39,113 nt of DNA from Octopus bimaculoides (taxonomy: Eukaryota): positions 51,318,001 to 51,357,113 of the forward strand of contig NC_068992.1 in assembly GCF_001194135.2 (NCBI RefSeq). The letters are read 5' to 3'. Of the stretch, positions 35,750 through 39,113 are shown piece after piece. Made by a program: the position numbers and the translations under genes. The notes beneath the pieces were generated by a model. The model was not told where the DNA came from. It ran no database searches and saw only the letters and a list, made by a program, of their open reading frames with translations. Each line of letters begins with the position of its first letter. The first letter of the stretch is position 1.

Positions 35750-35908
35750 TATATATATATATATATATATATATATCTGTATGTATATATGTGTGTGCAT
35801 GAAATTTTCTCAAGAATGACATAGATCGATGTGTCATATTGAAACAATAAATACCAGAGGGCATGTACAATTCTAATGCTTTTGTTATTGGTTCTGTGCT
35901 ATTTCCAG

Positions 35909-36001
35909 CCTTTCTATATTAGCGAAATGTCTAGACTACTGCATTTGTCTAGACAGCAGCATGAAATTTTTTCTAGATCATGCCATCGGCTGCCAAAATA
36001 G
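35909..36001 (+). CDS. Candidate internal exon (LSILAKCLDYCICLDSSMKFFLDHAIGCQN); unverified
   Basis: GTTCTGTGCTATTTCCAG acceptor, AG|GTACTG donor, 93 nt, only one frame open (phase 2-2). No homology recognised. Confidence 0.3.
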   Translation, partial: PFYISEMSRLLHLSRQQHEIFSRSCHRLPK

Positions 36002-36439
36002 GTACTGGAACATTTCAAGCTATCTAGATCAATTTATATTTTTCAAAGATGTTTTATATTCCTGATTTAGGATTCCTAATTGCTGTCAATTACATGATAC
36101 TGAATATGGAATGACAGGAATTTTGGTAAATAAACGTACATGTACTCTAGTTTGGGGATAGAGATAATACAGAAAACATACGAGTGCTCTTGCACATGGT
36201 TATTTGATAATCATGTATTTATGTAAAGATAGTGTATACACACAAATGTATATGTATGTATATATATTTATGTGCGTGTGTGTGTGTGAGAGTACATATA
36301 TGTTTGTGTTTCCTTGTTTTGACATAGCATTATAGTTGTAAAATGGTTGTTACTAGAATACAGGCAGCAGTATTCATTTCCAATGTTCTGTGAGAACGAT
36401 GTCTAGCGATATGGAAATATTTCCTTCAAACTGCTTGGA

Positions 36440-36620
36440 AACAGATGAGGGTGGGCAACAGGAAGGGCATCCAGCGATAGAAAATCTGTATCTATAAATG
36501 CTACCCAACCAATGCAAGCATGGAAAAGTGGACACTGAATTGATGATGACAATGGCAACGATGGTTATGATGATGAAGATGACCCATGATGATGGTGGTG
36601 AGGATGATGACAATGATTAT
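36440..36620 (+). mobile_element. Degenerate RTE-tail element with (GAT)n tail
   Basis: CAGGAAGGGCATCCAGC ... AGCATGGAAAAGTGGAC ... (GAT)n. Confidence 0.7.
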
Positions 36621-37473
36621 ATGATTGCCATCTTGTATAAATATAAATTCAATATATAAGCATGCAAATATGCTCAGTTATATACTTAGAGATAATACAT
36701 AAATCTACAAGTGTGCACTTGTTCATATTTATTTGATAGTCCTGTATGTATATAATGTACACACACATGTACTCTTGAATGAGTATAAAGATAATATATA
36801 AACCAGGAAGTAGAATACATTTAATAATACATGTGCATACACGATACATGTATGCTCATCCATATCTTATTATCCGATGCCAAATATGGAACCATTAGAA
36901 TGTTAAATATATGTTTAATGCCACAGAAGCTGAACAAGTCATTTCCTTAACTGAATATATTTTAGCTAATGATTTAGTTATCAGATGAGCTGATCATGTG
37001 ACATAACAGCGTGGCACCATATCTGTAGCTGATCTGGTCATGCTCGGACGAATTTCCATTAAAAGAGGAAGGCCATGGAGGGGGTGACTGAGCAGCCTCA
37101 GAGAATAAAACAGAGGGAAAATAGTAGAAAATATGAGATCGCTTGATGACTGAGAAAGATGGGTGGGGGGGATGATGTTATATCTCATACAGTGAAACTA
37201 TGGCCTCCTTACACTGTATATGTTTTCATTAATTGATTAATAAAAGAATCCCTGCTGAATCATTGTAATTCCAATTAGATATAATTTCTGTCATAAAAAA
37301 AATTACAGTAATTTCTCTTTATTTGATTGAGATATTCAATCCTTTTATCCAGCTGCCTGAATTACAGCAAAATATTTTTCATTCACATCTGAATACTGGC
37401 CTATATTAACAATTTTTGTCTTCCTTTCTCTCACTAAACTTGTCTTTTACTTACCAGCTTTTATTATTATCAT

Positions 37474-37690
37474 TAAGGCAACGAGCTGGCAGAACCTTTA
37501 GCATGCCGGACAAAATGCTTAGTGGTATTTTACTTGTCGCTATGTTCTGAGTTCAGATTCCATTGATGTTGACTTTGCTTTTCATCCTTTCAGGGTTGAT
37601 AAAAAAAGTACTAGTGAAACACTGGGGTCGATGTAATCGACATGACCCCACCCCGAAAATTTCAGGCCTTGAAAGGATTATTATTATTCT
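37474..37690 (+). mobile_element. CORE-type tRNA-SINE
   Basis: AAGGCAACGAGCTGGCAGAA head, GAGTTCAGATTCC, TTTCATCCTTTCAGGG, GGGGTCGATGTAATCGAC. Confidence 0.85.
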
Positions 37691-37999
37691 TGTTATTTTA
37701 GACCATTAAACTATTCCATTAGATTCCTGCCTCAAACGAAATAAAAATTCTTGCTGTTGTCATTTTAAAAATAAATGTTAATCCCTATGTGCACACTATT
37801 GTTTCTGGTGTGGCTTTCCTTTAGTTTTTCTTTATAAATACTAAACAATGTAGCTACTAAGTAAAATTTGAAGACCAAACCAGCTTAAACTTTACAAAAC
37901 GATTTGAGTTTACCCTCAGTATTGAGTGATTCTGCCAGTAAGTGTCCAGTTGTTTTACTTAATTGAGCTTTAATATAATGACCTTAATCTATTGTTAAA

Positions 38000-38230
38000 A
38001 GCAGTCATGCTGATGCTATGTAAAAGCACCCATGCAGTGCCTTGTAAAAGTATTGAGCACACTCTGTAAAATGGTTGGCATCAGGAAGGGCATCCAGTCA
38101 AAGAAACCATGCCAAATCAGACTGGAACCTGGTGCAGCCTTCTAGCTTGCTAGTTAGTTCTGGTCCAACTGTCAAACCCATACCAGCATGGAAAATGGAT
38201 GTTAAATGATGATGATGATGAAGATGAAGC
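38000..38230 (+). mobile_element. Degenerate RTE-tail element
   Basis: GTAAAAGCACC, AGGAAGGGCATCCAG, CAGCATGGAAAATGGATGTTAAATGATGAT. Confidence 0.75.
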
Positions 38231-38414
38231 ATGAAAGAGAAAGTTGCTCACAGTGGAATTGAACTCGGAATGCAAGAAACTGGAATAAGTATCACAAGAC
38301 ACTTTATCTGATGCTTTAACAACTCTACCAACACATCACTTACTTAGCCAACCACACAAGCTGACATTGTACCATTCTGATTAATTAATAGCAAAAATGT
38401 AGAAGTATAGATAT

Positions 38415-38850
38415 CAGTGGTGTGCGGTGACTTCCGGGGTTGGGCATGCAATGAATTTCTCCCCCCCGCCCTGGCAATTTTTCAGTAAAAGAATTTTCGT
38501 ATTCCTACGATTTACATATGGGGGATTCTGAATATGCAGTCACCCCCGTATGATCTAGAATAAGCAGGGAATAAAAAATGGCTCTGTAGAGATGAGCCTG
38601 AAATAGGTGTATTGTTTGTATTTTTTTTTCTCTTCGAAACGTCAGTACTTTCCCATCCTCACTCTCCCTTAAAAAAGTCTAAAAATCATAAGTGAAATGG
38701 AATAAAGATGATATTGGATTCTGTTAATATTTTGCATATTCGGAATCTCTGTTAAAGGTAGGAATTCCAAAAAATAAATTTCACAAAATTTCGTTTTTCA
38801 AAGGGGTGCGATTCTGAATTAGCCCCTATGTCTATTGGTTCAGCTGAATC
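38415..38850. mobile_element. Possible DNA-transposon (hAT-like/MITE) fragment
   Basis: Starts CAGTGGTGTGC, is GC/CpG-richer than its flanks and carries repeated GATTCTGAAT-like motifs in both orientations. No matching second terminal repeat was found. Confidence 0.35.
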
Positions 38851-39113
38851 AATTTAAATTGATTTAATAAAGAGAACACATTTAGTTACATTATATGGCC
38901 ATGGTTTTAGATAGTTACGCTCTCGAAGACAAGTCAGGTGCTTTATCATGCTACTTGTCAATTCCGGGAAAATTATTGATACTCAAGTAGACTGTTCTGA
39001 GACTTACTGAACTCTATATATTAAAAGACTACGTCTCACGCACACACAATGAAAATACACGCATATACATGAATACACACACAATGAAAGACTGCCAAAA
39101 TTCAACATTGTAA

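Noticed and set aside
12368-35870. Long ORFs containing X runs or YI/IY/HT repeats
   Set aside because: They are translations of N gaps and (TA)n/(CA)n/(TATC)n microsatellites.

Overview
AT-rich animal genomic DNA from a draft assembly, with five N gaps (four with a (TA)n run on at least one side). The repeat families point to an octopus (coleoid cephalopod); this is an inference from remembered SINE families, not a database search. Most of the window is intronic or intergenic. It holds three short interspersed families (a CORE-type tRNA-SINE, a second tRNA-SINE with an internal microsatellite, and an RTE-tail element ending in (GAT)n), one clear RTE LINE reverse-transcriptase remnant (31015-31398, minus strand), many microsatellites and a 16-bp minisatellite. 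The only well-supported coding piece is a + strand terminal exon (834-1040) of a protein I do not recognise. CpG density drops sharply at about 9.45 kb and recovers at about 38.4 kb, which suggests a methylated gene body in between. There I find only low-confidence candidate exons. No rRNA, tRNA gene, CRISPR array or recognisable named gene is supported. The most intriguing but speculative signal is an exon-like frame at 33030-33243 whose single in-frame TAA lies inside a perfect 13-bp hairpin. Repeat boundaries are approximate, and all counts and alignments were done by hand.
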